The position numbers and the translations under genes are program-made. This document shows positions 8,685 to 18,856 of a DNA stretch of 64,000 nt, in pieces. Within the stretch, counting starts at the first letter, position 1; each line of letters starts with the position of its first letter. The stretch is from a bacterium HR28 (lineage in GTDB: Bacteria > Chloroflexota > Chloroflexia > Thermomicrobiales > Thermomicrobiaceae), in assembly GCA_002898255.1 (NCBI GenBank), contig BEIE01000006.1, positions 49,251 to 113,250 of the forward strand, given 5' to 3'. A model generated the notes under the pieces. The model was not told the DNA's origin, did not search any database, and saw nothing but the letters and a program-made list of their open reading frames with translations.

Positions 8685-10190
8685 ATGACCGTTCCAGTAC
8701 TCGAAGCGAGGAACATCAGCAAGCGCTTTCCAGGGGTTGTCGCGCTCGAGCGTGTCTCGCTGAGTGTCTTCCCCGGTGAGGTGCTGGCAGTCGTCGGGGA
8801 GAACGGTGCGGGGAAATCGACACTGATGAAGATCCTCTCAGGAGCGCTCCAACCGGACGAAGGGGAGATTCTCCTCGACGGGCAGGTGGTTCGTTTTACT
8901 GACCCGCGCCACGCATTGGCGCGAGGCATCGGAATTATCTACCAGGAACTGAGTGTCATCGATGCATTGTCGGTGGGGGAGAACGTCTTCCTTGGACGCT
9001 TGCCGGAGCGGCCAGGCCTTCGGGGAAGTGTGGACTGGCCGCGTCTGTGGCGAGATGCCGCAAGGGTTCTCGAGCGGGTTGGTGTTCCGATTGATCCACA
9101 GCGACAAGTCCGCGAGTTGAGCGTGGCCCAGAAGCAACTAGTCGAGATCGCACGAGCGCTTTCGCAAGACGTGCGTGTATTGATCCTCGACGAGCCGACG
9201 AGCTCGCTCTCGCTCCAAGAAACAGAGCGGCTGTTTGAAATTCTACGTGGCTTACGCGCACAGGGTGTCGCAATCATCTACATTTCCCACCGCTTGGAGG
9301 AAATCTTCACCCTCGCCGATCGGGTGACGGTGCTGCGTGACGGCCGGGTAGTGGGGACGCTCCCAATCGGCGAGGCGACGCGTGAGGGACTGATTCGAAT
9401 GATGGTCGGTCGTGATCTCTCGGCCTATTACCGGACTGTCCGCTCGAGCCCCGGTGCCGTGCGATTGGAGGTGCGGGGTCTGTGCCGGACTGGTACGCTG
9501 CAGGATGTGAACTTGACGGTACGGGCTGGTGAAATCGTCGGGCTGGCCGGGCTGGTGGGTGCTGGCCGTACAGAGCTCGCGCGTTGCCTCTTTGGGGTCG
9601 ATCCGATCGACACTGGGGAGATCCGCGTCGACGGGCAGGTGGTGACGATTCGGAATCCCCGAGACGCAGTGCGTCATGGGATCGTGTTAGTGCCCGAGGA
9701 TCGCAAGTTGCAAGGACTCGTGCTGATCCTCTCCGTGCGAGAAAATATCACGCTGCCTGTGCTCGAGCGATTGGCACGGCTCGGTTTTCCCTCGCGGCGA
9801 GCAGAGGAGCAAGTCACGCAGTCGTTCGTGGAGCGTCTCCGGATCCGAACGCCGTCGCTTGAGCAGCGCGTGATGAACCTCAGCGGAGGGAACCAGCAGA
9901 AGGTTGTGTTGGCACGCGCGTTGGCGACCAATCCGAAGGTGTTGATCCTCGACGAGCCGACGCGTGGGATCGACGTGGGGGCGAAAGCGGAGGTTCACGC
10001 ACTCATTGCCGAGCTCGCCGAGGCTGGCATGGGGATTCTGCTGATCTCGTCGGAGCTCCCGGAAGTGCTGACCATGAGCCACCGGATCCTCGTCATGAGT
10101 GGGGGCCGGATCGTCGCCGAGTTCTCGCGCGAGGAGGCAACGGAAGAGCGCGTGTTGGCGGCGGCGACGGGACATCCAGTGGCGGCGTGA
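8685..10190 (+). CDS. sugar ABC transporter ATP-binding protein (duplicated ATPase, RbsA-like)
   Basis: Two ABC cassettes: Walker A GENGAGKST, signature LSVAQKQ, then LSGGNQQK in the second half, and Walker B LILDEPT twice. RBS GGGAGAGG lies upstream. Confidence 0.92.
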   Translation: MTVPVLEARNISKRFPGVVALERVSLSVFPGEVLAVVGENGAGKSTLMKILSGALQPDEGEILLDGQVVRFTDPRHALARGIGIIYQELSVIDALSVGENVFLGRLPERPGLRGSVDWPRLWRDAARVLERVGVPIDPQRQVRELSVAQKQLVEIARALSQDVRVLILDEPTSSLSLQETERLFEILRGLRAQGVAIIYISHRLEEIFTLADRVTVLRDGRVVGTLPIGEATREGLIRMMVGRDLSAYYRTVRSSPGAVRLEVRGLCRTGTLQDVNLTVRAGEIVGLAGLVGAGRTELARCLFGVDPIDTGEIRVDGQVVTIRNPRDAVRHGIVLVPEDRKLQGLVLILSVRENITLPVLERLARLGFPSRRAEEQVTQSFVERLRIRTPSLEQRVMNLSGGNQQKVVLARALATNPKVLILDEPTRGIDVGAKAEVHALIAELAEAGMGILLISSELPEVLTMSHRILVMSGGRIVAEFSREEATEERVLAAATGHPVAA

Positions 10191-10206
10191 GGGAAAGGAG
10201 CGATCC

Positions 10207-11361
10207 GTGCGGATCGTCGATGTAAGGACGTACGTGCTCGGTACTGCCTGGCGTAACTTAACCTTTGTTGAGGTACATACTGACGAGGGAATCACCGGTG
10301 TGGGCGAGGCACGGATGCTGAACCACACTGATGCCCTCCTTGGCTACTTGGCGGAGGCAGTTCCCAACCACGTGTTGGGTCGGGATCCGTTCCGCATCGA
10401 AGATCTAGTGTTCCACATGATGCGGGATGACTACGCGCGTCCTGACTATGTGATGATGTCCGGCATTGCGGCCATTGAGATCGCGTGCTGGGACATCATG
10501 GGGAAGGCGCTGGGCCTGCCGGTCTACCAGCTGCTGGGTGGTGCGGTGCGCGACCGGATCAAGGCGTATGCCAACGGCTGGTACACCGTTGAGCGAACAC
10601 CGGAGGAGTTCGCCGAGGCAGCCCGACGGGTAGTTGAGCGTGGATACCGAGCACTGAAGCTCGATCCGTTCGGCGCGGGATACTACGAACTCGACCTGGA
10701 AGAGAAGCGGCGAGCCGTGGCGCTCGTGGAAGCGGTTCGGGAGGCAGTCGGGCCAGACGTCGAGATTTTGATCGAGATGCATGGGCGTTTCAACCCCGCG
10801 ACTGCCGTCGAGATGGCGCGGCTACTGGAACCATACCGTCCAGGCTGGATCGAGGAACCCGTTCCCCCACACAACCTCGCGGCGCTGAAGAAAGTCGCTG
10901 AGCAGGTCTCAGTCCCGGTAGCGACTGGAGAGCGGATCCACACGCGCTACGACTTCCGCGAGCTTTTCGAGCTCCAAGCAGCAGACATCATCCAGCCGGA
11001 CATCACGCATCTTGGTGGACTGCTAGAGACAAAGAAATTAGCAGCTTGGGCGGACTCGTATTATGTCTTGGTCGCGCCGCACAATGTCTGTGGTCCGGTG
11101 GGAACAGCTGCGAACCTGCACCTGGCGGCGTGCACGACGAATTTCAAGATCCAGGAGCACTTCAATGACTTTGCTGAGGCACACGTGAAAGCAGTCGCAC
11201 CAGGTGTGCCGGAAGTTGTAGACGGATACTTCCCTCTTCCAAAGGGGCCTGGGCTTGGCGTGGAGCTCGACCACTCAATGTTCGAGCAGTACCCGCGCCG
11301 GCGTGTCTTTTTCAACCTCTTCGCCGAAGACTGGCACCGTCGGCAGGCGGAGCGGTCCTGA
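10207..11361 (+). CDS. enolase-superfamily dehydratase (mandelate racemase/muconate lactonising family; sugar-acid dehydratase-like)
   Basis: GTG start after GGAAAGGAG. The sequence VRIVDVRTYVLG...VEVHTDEGITGVGEA...AIEIACWDIMGKALGLPVYQLLGG...LKLDPFG...IEEPVPP...ATGERI matches the D-galactonate/mannonate dehydratase-like subgroup as I recall it. Confidence 0.85.
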   Translation: MRIVDVRTYVLGTAWRNLTFVEVHTDEGITGVGEARMLNHTDALLGYLAEAVPNHVLGRDPFRIEDLVFHMMRDDYARPDYVMMSGIAAIEIACWDIMGKALGLPVYQLLGGAVRDRIKAYANGWYTVERTPEEFAEAARRVVERGYRALKLDPFGAGYYELDLEEKRRAVALVEAVREAVGPDVEILIEMHGRFNPATAVEMARLLEPYRPGWIEEPVPPHNLAALKKVAEQVSVPVATGERIHTRYDFRELFELQAADIIQPDITHLGGLLETKKLAAWADSYYVLVAPHNVCGPVGTAANLHLAACTTNFKIQEHFNDFAEAHVKAVAPGVPEVVDGYFPLPKGPGLGVELDHSMFEQYPRRRVFFNLFAEDWHRRQAERS

Positions 11362-11371
11362 AGGGGGCAGC

Positions 11372-12208
11372 ATGGGCACGCTTGGTCAGATGCTGGGTGA
11401 TCTCGCTGCGCGCGAGCATGCCGTCGGTTTGGTGCGGTTGGGACAGGCGAGCATCGCGCTGGCAGGTGGGGGGCGTATTGTTCTGATCGATCCGTTTCTG
11501 TCGCCACATCCTGATCGGCTGGTACCACCGCCAATAACTCCTGACGAACTCACGATGGTTGATCTTGTGCTCGTGACGCACGAGCACTGGGATCACCTCG
11601 ATGCTGCAGCATGCGTTGGCATCGCCCGGGCTGCACCACAGGCGCTGTTCGCTTGCCCCGAGCCGGTGGTATCGCAGCTCACTGCGGCAGGAATATCGGA
11701 AGAGCGCGTGCGCGGCGTGCGCCCTGGGCGTGCGTATGAGCTGGCCGGCGTGACCGTGTGGCCAGTGGCGGCCAAGCACGGACTCCATACTGCTGATGCC
11801 TACAGCTTTGGCGAGGTGAATGGGGTGCCGCGGTTTCTCGGGTATGTCGTGGAGCTCGGCGGGGTGCGCCTCTATCATGCCGGAGACACGATCGTCTACG
11901 ACGAACTGGGGGAGACGGTCCGGGCACTCGAGCCACAGGTGGCCTTGCTTCCGATCAACGGGCGCGACTGGTACCGGGAGCGGGAGGACATCGTTGGCAA
12001 CCTGGACATACGTGAGGCAGCCCACCTCGCGGTCGAGATAGGTGCGGAGCTCCTTGTGCCCTTGCACTACGACATGTTCGCGGTGAATCTGGCTGATCCA
12101 GGCGCGCTGGTGCGGTATGTGCATGACCGGCAGTTGCCTGTGAACGTCCTGGTCCTTCAAGTAGCACGGCCGGTGCTGCTGCAGCCGGTGCGGACAGTGG
12201 GACGGTGA
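11372..12208 (+). CDS. MBL-fold metallo-hydrolase (UlaG/lactonase-like)
   Basis: Has the HxHxDH motif (VTHEHWDHLD). Starts at ATG 11372 (MGTLGQMLGDL...). The upstream part of the ORF-track call overlaps the previous gene. Confidence 0.8.
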   Translation: MGTLGQMLGDLAAREHAVGLVRLGQASIALAGGGRIVLIDPFLSPHPDRLVPPPITPDELTMVDLVLVTHEHWDHLDAAACVGIARAAPQALFACPEPVVSQLTAAGISEERVRGVRPGRAYELAGVTVWPVAAKHGLHTADAYSFGEVNGVPRFLGYVVELGGVRLYHAGDTIVYDELGETVRALEPQVALLPINGRDWYREREDIVGNLDIREAAHLAVEIGAELLVPLHYDMFAVNLADPGALVRYVHDRQLPVNVLVLQVARPVLLQPVRTVGR

Positions 12209-13278
12209 AAACGATGGATGTGCGATCGCCACAACAGGAAACGGTAACAGCGCAGAGAGGGCGAAGTGAGCCAGAAGCGGCGCCTGTGGGAACAGGTGCG
12301 TTCGCGCGGCGTGCGCTGCAGCGATTGACCGGGCTGCGGGAGTTCAACATTTTGGTCGCGCTGCTTGTCCTCGGCGCCTTTCTCTCTGTGACGACCGACG
12401 CATTCCTGACGACCGGGAACCTGTTCGGAGTTGCACGTGCCTTCTCGCTTACGGCGATCGTCGCCATCGGTCAGACGATGGTCATTTTGACGGGTGGAAT
12501 CGATCTCTCGGTTGGCTCAGTTTTAGCGTTGGCTGGTCTTTCCACAGGGATGCTTCTTGAGCGAGGAGTCCCGTTGCCAGTAGCGATGCTGGCCGGGCTC
12601 GGAGTGGGGGCGCTGGTTGGACTCGTGAACGGTCTTTTGATCACTCGCGTAGGACTTCCGCCGTTTATCGCGACGCTTGGCACGCTGAGCATCGGCCGAG
12701 GGCTGGTATACGTGTTGACGAAGGGATACCCGGTGACTGTTCCCTACGACTACCAAGCGTTCGTCTGGCTGGGGCAGGGATACATCTGGATCATCCCGGT
12801 TCCGGTTGTCATCATGGTGGTTCTGACACTCCTGGGAACGATCTTTCTCGGCTTCACGACGTACGGGCGATACATCTATGCGGTGGGTGGAAATCCGGAG
12901 GCTGCACGACTTGCCGGAATCCCGGTGGAGCGGGTGAAGCTCCTCGTATACGTGTTGTGTTCCACCTTGGCGGCGCTGGCTGGGCTGATCCTTGTTGCTC
13001 GGCTCGTGTCGGCGCAGCCATCAGCCGGACTGGGTTTTGAGCTTCCGGTGATTGCCGCGGCCATCATCGGTGGAACAAGCCTCATGGGAGGTGAGGGAAC
13101 AGTACTCGGTGCGGTGCTTGGGGCGGCGATCATGGGTGTGCTGGAGAACGGGATGGTGCTCTTAGGTGTGAGCACGTACGCGCAGCAGGCGGTGACTGGG
13201 ACAGTGATCGTCCTGGCAGTTGCGCTTGACATCTGGCAGAAGCGGCGACGAGCGCGGGTGCGTCGTGCTCGCGGCTAA
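12205..13278 (+). CDS. sugar ABC transporter permease (RbsC/AraH family)
   Basis: Multi-TM protein with TGGIDLSVGSVLAL and IGGTSLMGGEGTVLGA motifs. Its start overlaps the upstream stop by 4 nt (ATGA-type coupling). Confidence 0.9.
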   Translation: MKTMDVRSPQQETVTAQRGRSEPEAAPVGTGAFARRALQRLTGLREFNILVALLVLGAFLSVTTDAFLTTGNLFGVARAFSLTAIVAIGQTMVILTGGIDLSVGSVLALAGLSTGMLLERGVPLPVAMLAGLGVGALVGLVNGLLITRVGLPPFIATLGTLSIGRGLVYVLTKGYPVTVPYDYQAFVWLGQGYIWIIPVPVVIMVVLTLLGTIFLGFTTYGRYIYAVGGNPEAARLAGIPVERVKLLVYVLCSTLAALAGLILVARLVSAQPSAGLGFELPVIAAAIIGGTSLMGGEGTVLGAVLGAAIMGVLENGMVLLGVSTYAQQAVTGTVIVLAVALDIWQKRRRARVRRARG

Positions 13279-13299
13279 GGCACATGGGGGTGGCGAAGG

Positions 13300-14235
13300 G
13301 TGGAGCGGACGCGAGCGTTCTTGGAGCGGTTAGGACTGCCGCGAGGCGATCTCTACGAGCTTCCAACGAGCACGAAACGGTTTCCAGACGGTGCACAGTA
13401 CCGGGTCGAGATCCCGAGTACGGAGGGGCCGCGCGTACTTGCGGCCGTCATTGAGGAAGCAAGACGGTACGGCATTGTTGTGCATCGCATCTCGCAGGGG
13501 AGTGGCGTCATGCTACTCACTGACGAGGAAATCCGCGAAATGGGGTACCTCGCAGCCGCGGAGGGGATGGAAGTGAGCCTCTTCGCGCGCCCGAGCGCGG
13601 GATGGGACATCGGCGGAATGGCGCGGGCAAGCGCGGGGGCGATGGTGAGCGCCAAGCTGCGCGGCCAAGAGCAGCTCGTGCATTGTCTTGAAGATGTGCG
13701 GCGGGCGGCTGAACTAGGAATTCGCAGTGTACTCCTGGCCGACGAGGGGGCGCTCTGGGTCGCGGGCGAGATGCGACGCGCTGGTGAACTGCCAAGGGAC
13801 ATGCAGTTCAAGGTGAGTGTCCTCATGGGTGCAGCGAACCCCGCCTCGGTAAAGCTGCTCGTGCAGCTCGGAGCCGATACCTACAACGTGGTGACCGACC
13901 TTACGCTGGCGCAGCTCGCAGCGATCCGCGCAGCGGTCGACGTTCCGCTTGATGTGTATGTCGAGGTGCCGGATGACGTAGGCGGCTTCGTGCGGCATTA
14001 CGAGATTGCCGAAATGGTTCGGGTCTGCGCGCCAATCTATCTCAAGTTCGGGCTTCGTAATGCGCCGAACATCTATCCGTCCGGGAGGCATCTTGAGGAG
14101 CTCGCGGTGCAACTCGGTCGGGAGCGGGTGCGGCGAGCTGCAATCGGGCTGATGATGCTTCACCGCTATTATCCGGATGCTGTGGGGTCTCGACCCGGAG
14201 CGCCGGGGCTAGCCATTCCAGTGGTGGAGGCGTAG
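13300..14235 (+). CDS. conserved hypothetical protein, last gene of the sugar-acid cluster
   Basis: 311-aa ORF with good coding character and alternating beta/alpha-like periodicity (possible TIM barrel). I do not recognise the family. Confidence 0.65.
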   Translation: MERTRAFLERLGLPRGDLYELPTSTKRFPDGAQYRVEIPSTEGPRVLAAVIEEARRYGIVVHRISQGSGVMLLTDEEIREMGYLAAAEGMEVSLFARPSAGWDIGGMARASAGAMVSAKLRGQEQLVHCLEDVRRAAELGIRSVLLADEGALWVAGEMRRAGELPRDMQFKVSVLMGAANPASVKLLVQLGADTYNVVTDLTLAQLAAIRAAVDVPLDVYVEVPDDVGGFVRHYEIAEMVRVCAPIYLKFGLRNAPNIYPSGRHLEELAVQLGRERVRRAAIGLMMLHRYYPDAVGSRPGAPGLAIPVVEA

Positions 14236-14372
14236 TGAGGAAGGTGACTCCTGCGACGCACAGCTCACTGAGTCCGGTAGAGCGCGGGCGAAGGGCCTGC
14301 AGGAAACAGTACAAATGTGCTAAAATAGTCCGCTCGAGCGTCGCCGACGCTCTCGAGTAAGGAGGGCGTCCG

Positions 14373-14714
14373 ATGGAATCGGGTGGAGCGGTGCGGACGA
14401 CGGGGCTGAGTGAGCTGATCGCAGCGCTGTGGCGTTGTGGTGTTCCGGTCGTGGGGTGGGCCGAAGTACGTGACGGGATTGTGCTCCTCACTGACGGTGG
14501 GGAGACGGTCCATGTCCCGCGCCTGCGTTTAGGCGAGCGGACCGATGCGGTCGCGTGGAGCTTAGCGGCACAATTGCCGCGGCGTCGGATTCTTGAGACA
14601 CCCTTGAGCCCCGAACATGTGCCGCGTTTCAGCGAGCGCGAGCTGGCCTGGCTGCGCTTCGTCCGCTGGTTGCGCGAACGCGAGCGGAGGGGCCCGTCAT
14701 CGCAAGGGGATTAA
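14373..14714 (+). CDS. hypothetical protein
   Basis: 113-aa ORF with an ATG start preceded by AAGGAGGG. No recognisable family. Confidence 0.35.
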   Translation: MESGGAVRTTGLSELIAALWRCGVPVVGWAEVRDGIVLLTDGGETVHVPRLRLGERTDAVAWSLAAQLPRRRILETPLSPEHVPRFSERELAWLRFVRWLRERERRGPSSQGD

Positions 14715-15103
14715 TGGCAAAAGACTGACGGCGGTGACTGCCTTACAGATCGTAAGGGGCAAGCTCCGCGAGCGTTGCACAGACTTGCTTTCCCCAACAT
14801 GGCCTCGAACTGAGCTGTGGATCGGCCGGTGAGATGCCGAGCTTCTTGTGTTGTGCCTCGGAAAAGGCCATAGACTGTTCTGCGTGTGAGGTGGCGACAG
14901 AACAAGTATTGTTGATGAAGATAGGCCATCTGGAGCGAAGTCGGCCCTCGCGGTTCGGCGTGTGTTGAGACTCGCCCCGGGGCGGACGCGGCCAGCGTTG
15001 GTGGTGCAAGTCGTCGCGCCGACTAGGAGTGCAAAGCAGAAGACAGAAATATGTGGCCGCCCTGGGTGTCCAGGGCGGCCACACGCGACTGGTCTGGTGC
15101 TGG

Positions 15104-16552
15104 TCAAACGAGGCCGCGATCCTTCCACTTCTTAAAGATATCTTGAATCTGACGCTCTGCCTCGGCGAGAGCATCTTGTGGGGACGCTTTGCCCGTGGCG
15201 ACCTTGGTGAACATATCGTTGATGATCCAGCGATCGAAGATTTCTGCCTCGGCGGCGTTCATGTAGCCAGGCCAGCCGACATTCACTGTCCAATCGGGAG
15301 CGGTCGCAAGCACAGCGTACTTGTCTGGCGGATTCGCGTTGGGATCATTCTGGACCTGCTGTTGCCAGTCGGGAACCGCCTTGGGGAAGGAAGGAATATT
15401 GTAGAACTTGGAGGCTTTGAAAGCGTCTTGGTATGCAGCAACCAGATCCTTCAAAAACTGCTTGGCAACATCGACGTTGGGGGAGAATTTCCAGATGACG
15501 AAGCAGTTATACCAGTGTGCGCTACCCTTTCGGTCGCGGGGGCCTGCGGCAGTCTTGGCAATCGCGATTTTTGGTGCAAGGTCAGGGTATGTTGCCTCGG
15601 CAGTGCGCGTGGCGGAAATTGCGTTGAGGATTAGCGCGCCGCGTCCAGAGACAAGGAACCGGTTATTTGAGGCTGCGTCCCACGCCAGCACCTCTTCAGT
15701 TTCGGCCTCTTGGAAAAGCTGCTTGGCGAACTCTAGGGCCTCAAGTGTCTCTGGCTTATTGATGACCACGTTGCCATTCGCATCCTGGATCGACGTGCCA
15801 AAGCCCCACATAATCGTGCGCATCGCCATACCGGTATCGATCTCTGGCGAGAAGCCGATGCCGATCGGGTTCCCCATCTGCTTGAGTTGACGGCCGGCCT
15901 CGAGGATGTCCTGCCACGTGTCAGGCGTCTTCCCAACCTGGTCGAAGAGATCTTTCCGGTAGAGAATCGGGTCAGCAGCCCAGAAGTCCATGAAGCTGTA
16001 CCAGACGTCGGTCTTGGGGTTGTAGCAGGAGCGCTCAAGGAGTGGGTAATAGTCCCCGTATTCCTGCTTCAGCTCTTTGATCAGGTCGTTCAGTGGAACA
16101 ACTTCAGTTTCGTATTGTGAGGGTGGGAACCCGAAGGCGAACAGGTCGTGACCACTTTGTGCTGACACCTCGGCAGCAGCCCGAGCAGGAATGTCGGCGT
16201 AGTTAATATGGTCAGAGACGACTTGAACGTTGTTTTTCGCGCCCCACTCTTGGACCCACTGATCGAACCACTTGTCGTAGTCCGGGACGAAGTGGCTCCA
16301 CTGCAAGATCTTGAGCGTGACCGGTCCGGAGCGCGTCGGTGTCGCTGCAACGGTTGGGGTGGCGCTGGGCGCAGTTGGACTGGCCTGGGCGGCAGCCGTT
16401 GGACTAGCAGCGGGCGCGCGCGTCGGAGTCGCTTGTCCACCAGCTGGGGCTGAGGTCGGCGTTGCTTGGCCGCCAGCACAGCTGGCCAGCAGCCCGGCAG
16501 CAGCCGTGCTGCTCAACAAAACAAGCAGGTGACGGCGGGTGAAGCGACGCAT
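15104..16552 (-). CDS. carbohydrate ABC transporter substrate-binding lipoprotein (family 1, CUT1)
   Basis: Signal plus lipobox (MRRFTRRHLLVLLSSTAAAGLLASC), an Ala/Thr/Pro-rich linker, then a family-1 solute-binding domain. Start taken at ATG 16550-16552. Confidence 0.85.
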   Translation of the reverse strand: MRRFTRRHLLVLLSSTAAAGLLASCAGGQATPTSAPAGGQATPTRAPAASPTAAAQASPTAPSATPTVAATPTRSGPVTLKILQWSHFVPDYDKWFDQWVQEWGAKNNVQVVSDHINYADIPARAAAEVSAQSGHDLFAFGFPPSQYETEVVPLNDLIKELKQEYGDYYPLLERSCYNPKTDVWYSFMDFWAADPILYRKDLFDQVGKTPDTWQDILEAGRQLKQMGNPIGIGFSPEIDTGMAMRTIMWGFGTSIQDANGNVVINKPETLEALEFAKQLFQEAETEEVLAWDAASNNRFLVSGRGALILNAISATRTAEATYPDLAPKIAIAKTAAGPRDRKGSAHWYNCFVIWKFSPNVDVAKQFLKDLVAAYQDAFKASKFYNIPSFPKAVPDWQQQVQNDPNANPPDKYAVLATAPDWTVNVGWPGYMNAAEAEIFDRWIINDMFTKVATGKASPQDALAEAERQIQDIFKKWKDRGLV

Positions 16553-16618
16553 CGCTCGAACCTCCTCACGTAACGACACCGAACCCGATCCCACTGGATA
16601 GCCAAACCTCATCAGACT

Positions 16619-17470
16619 TCATCGCAAGGCACCGGCGGTCAAACCCTCCACAAATCGGTCGAGGAACGCGTTATAGAGCAAGGCGACGGGAAGGCTGACG
16701 ACAAGCGCCGAGGCCATGATGGCACCCCAGAAGAAGACGTCACCACGAATGAGATCGGTCGGTACGCCGACGCTCACCGTCTTCAGATCAGAGATCGAGA
16801 CGAAGGTGAGCGCGTAGATGAATTCGTTGACGGCGAGCGTGAAGGTGAAGATGACAGCGGTCAAGATTCCAGGGACGGCGAGTGGCAGCAGAATGCGCCA
16901 AAAAGCCGTAAAGCGTGTTGCACCGTCAACCAAGGCTGCCTCTTCTAGTTCTTGAGGGAGGGAGCGGAAGAAGCCCATGAGCAGCCAGGAGACGAAGGGA
17001 ACCGCAAGGCTGGGATAGGTGAGGACCAGCGACCACGTATTGTCCTGCAGCCCAATGCTGCTGACGATCTGCGAAAGTGGGAGGAAGAGGAGTGTCGGCG
17101 GGATGAGGTAGGTGAGGAAGACCGCGATCCCCAGGTTCTGCCCCACCCGCCCGCGGAGGCGCGCCAGGGCATAGCCTGCTGGAAGTGCCAGAACAAGGGT
17201 AATCAGAACCGTCGCTAGGCCGACCCATGCCGTATTCACAATCCACCGAGGAAACTTCGTCTCCTTAAACAGGAGGCGAAAGTGCGCGAGCGTCGGTGGC
17301 TCGTTGAAAAGAAAGGGATTGTTCGTCGGATTGTAGAGATCGCTATCGCGCTTGAAAGCAGTGATTGCCATCCACGCAAAGGGGAAGAGCGCTTGCGCTA
17401 GGAAGATTGCCAGAATAGCTACGAGCAAGAGCCGCAGAAATAGCCGCCGGATGTCAGCGGTGGCAGTCAC
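16619..17470 (-). CDS. carbohydrate ABC transporter permease (MalG-like)
   Basis: Six TM segments and an EAA-loop region (EEAALVDGATRFTAFWRILLPL). The GTG start at 17468-17470 overlaps the upstream stop (GTGA). Confidence 0.88.
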   Translation of the reverse strand: MTATADIRRLFLRLLLVAILAIFLAQALFPFAWMAITAFKRDSDLYNPTNNPFLFNEPPTLAHFRLLFKETKFPRWIVNTAWVGLATVLITLVLALPAGYALARLRGRVGQNLGIAVFLTYLIPPTLLFLPLSQIVSSIGLQDNTWSLVLTYPSLAVPFVSWLLMGFFRSLPQELEEAALVDGATRFTAFWRILLPLAVPGILTAVIFTFTLAVNEFIYALTFVSISDLKTVSVGVPTDLIRGDVFFWGAIMASALVVSLPVALLYNAFLDRFVEGLTAGALR

Positions 17471-18387
17471 TCTGTCACCTCCCGATGCGACAACCGCAGG
17501 ACCCACACAGCGACGATGGCGAGAACCGGTAGCATGAAAAGCGCGATCGCTGCGCCTTGTGCGAGATCACCTGCGACGATCCCGACCTGGAAAGCCCAAC
17601 TGGACAGCACATGACTTGTGTTATAAGGGCCACCGCGAGTCAGGATCCACACGACCGCCATATCGGTGAAGGTGAAGAGAGCCGTAAACAAGATCGCCAC
17701 ACCGAGGATCGGCCGAACGAGCGGCAAGGTAATCCGGAAAAGACGTGTGAAAAAGCCTGCGCCATCGACGAGTGCGGCCTCGATGAGTTCTCGTGGTACG
17801 GCACTAGTTCCTGCGAGCGTGATCACTGTCGCGAAGGGGAGGATGCGCCAGACCTGCACGATGATGATCGAGATAATGGCGAGACTCGGAATCCCGAGCC
17901 ACTGGGGAAATTCATAGGGGCCAATAAGATGGAGCTTACGGGCTATCCAGTTAATGACGCTGTACTGCGAGTCAAAGATCCATTTCCACGCGATGGTGCT
18001 CATCACAACCGGGGATGCCCAGGGGAGAAGCAAGAGATAGCGGATGATCGGTTTACCTGGAAACCGTTCTGCTAGCGCGGTGGCGAGAATGGTCGAAAGA
18101 ACGAGAACAGCAATCAACACCACGATCGTGATCAGCACGGTGTTCCTCAGCGCCTGTCGAAAGATCTCATCGGCAAGAATTGCACGAAAATTGGCGAGAC
18201 CAGCGAACGAATAGTCTCGCCGTCCAACAGAGATGTGGCTAAGGCTGTAATAGATCGAAAGAACGAGGGGAAAGCCGATGAGGAGGAAGATATACAGCGT
18301 TGCCGGAAGGAGGAGCCAAAATTCCCAGCGTACACGTCTTACAACACCGCGCCGAGCGGCGACTCGCGGTACAGCAGTCGAGACCAT
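17467..18387 (-). CDS. carbohydrate ABC transporter permease (MalF-like)
   Basis: Multi-TM protein with the EAA loop IEAALVDGAGFFTRLFRITLPL. Confidence 0.88.
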   Translation of the reverse strand: MVSTAVPRVAARRGVVRRVRWEFWLLLPATLYIFLLIGFPLVLSIYYSLSHISVGRRDYSFAGLANFRAILADEIFRQALRNTVLITIVVLIAVLVLSTILATALAERFPGKPIIRYLLLLPWASPVVMSTIAWKWIFDSQYSVINWIARKLHLIGPYEFPQWLGIPSLAIISIIIVQVWRILPFATVITLAGTSAVPRELIEAALVDGAGFFTRLFRITLPLVRPILGVAILFTALFTFTDMAVVWILTRGGPYNTSHVLSSWAFQVGIVAGDLAQGAAIALFMLPVLAIVAVWVLRLSHREVTE

Positions 18388-18856
18388 ACTCTCGTCTCGT
18401 CCCTTCCGTCACGCCGCACGAGATTCGCTACTTCACCTCTCATCGAGTCGTCAGATAAGTCGTCACTAGTCTAGTGAGCGCTGCACGGACTGTCAACCCC
18501 TCTTTCTCGCTTGAGCTGAGAATGGGTCAGTTTTCGGATGCCTGGGCGTGTTTGGTGTCTGCTTGGTCTTCAGGGCTGTGCTTCGCCACGGGGTACAGGT
18601 GATCTCGGACGGATGACGATCTGACCTCGAGTATTCGGTCGCGTATTCCCACTTGAGTACTCTCATGGATCGCACAGAGAAGCGGCGGCAGCATTCCCCA
18701 TTGCGGTCTCTCCTCAAAGTAGCGGTGCAGCGCCTCGAACAAGGACTCAGGAGGAGCAGAAGAGCAGCAGACTCTTGGTGTCATTTACCGACCGCCTGCA
18801 TGTGAAGTCGCGTCGCGTTTGCGGTCGATAAGGGGCTGCAGTGATCCTGCTTGGCG

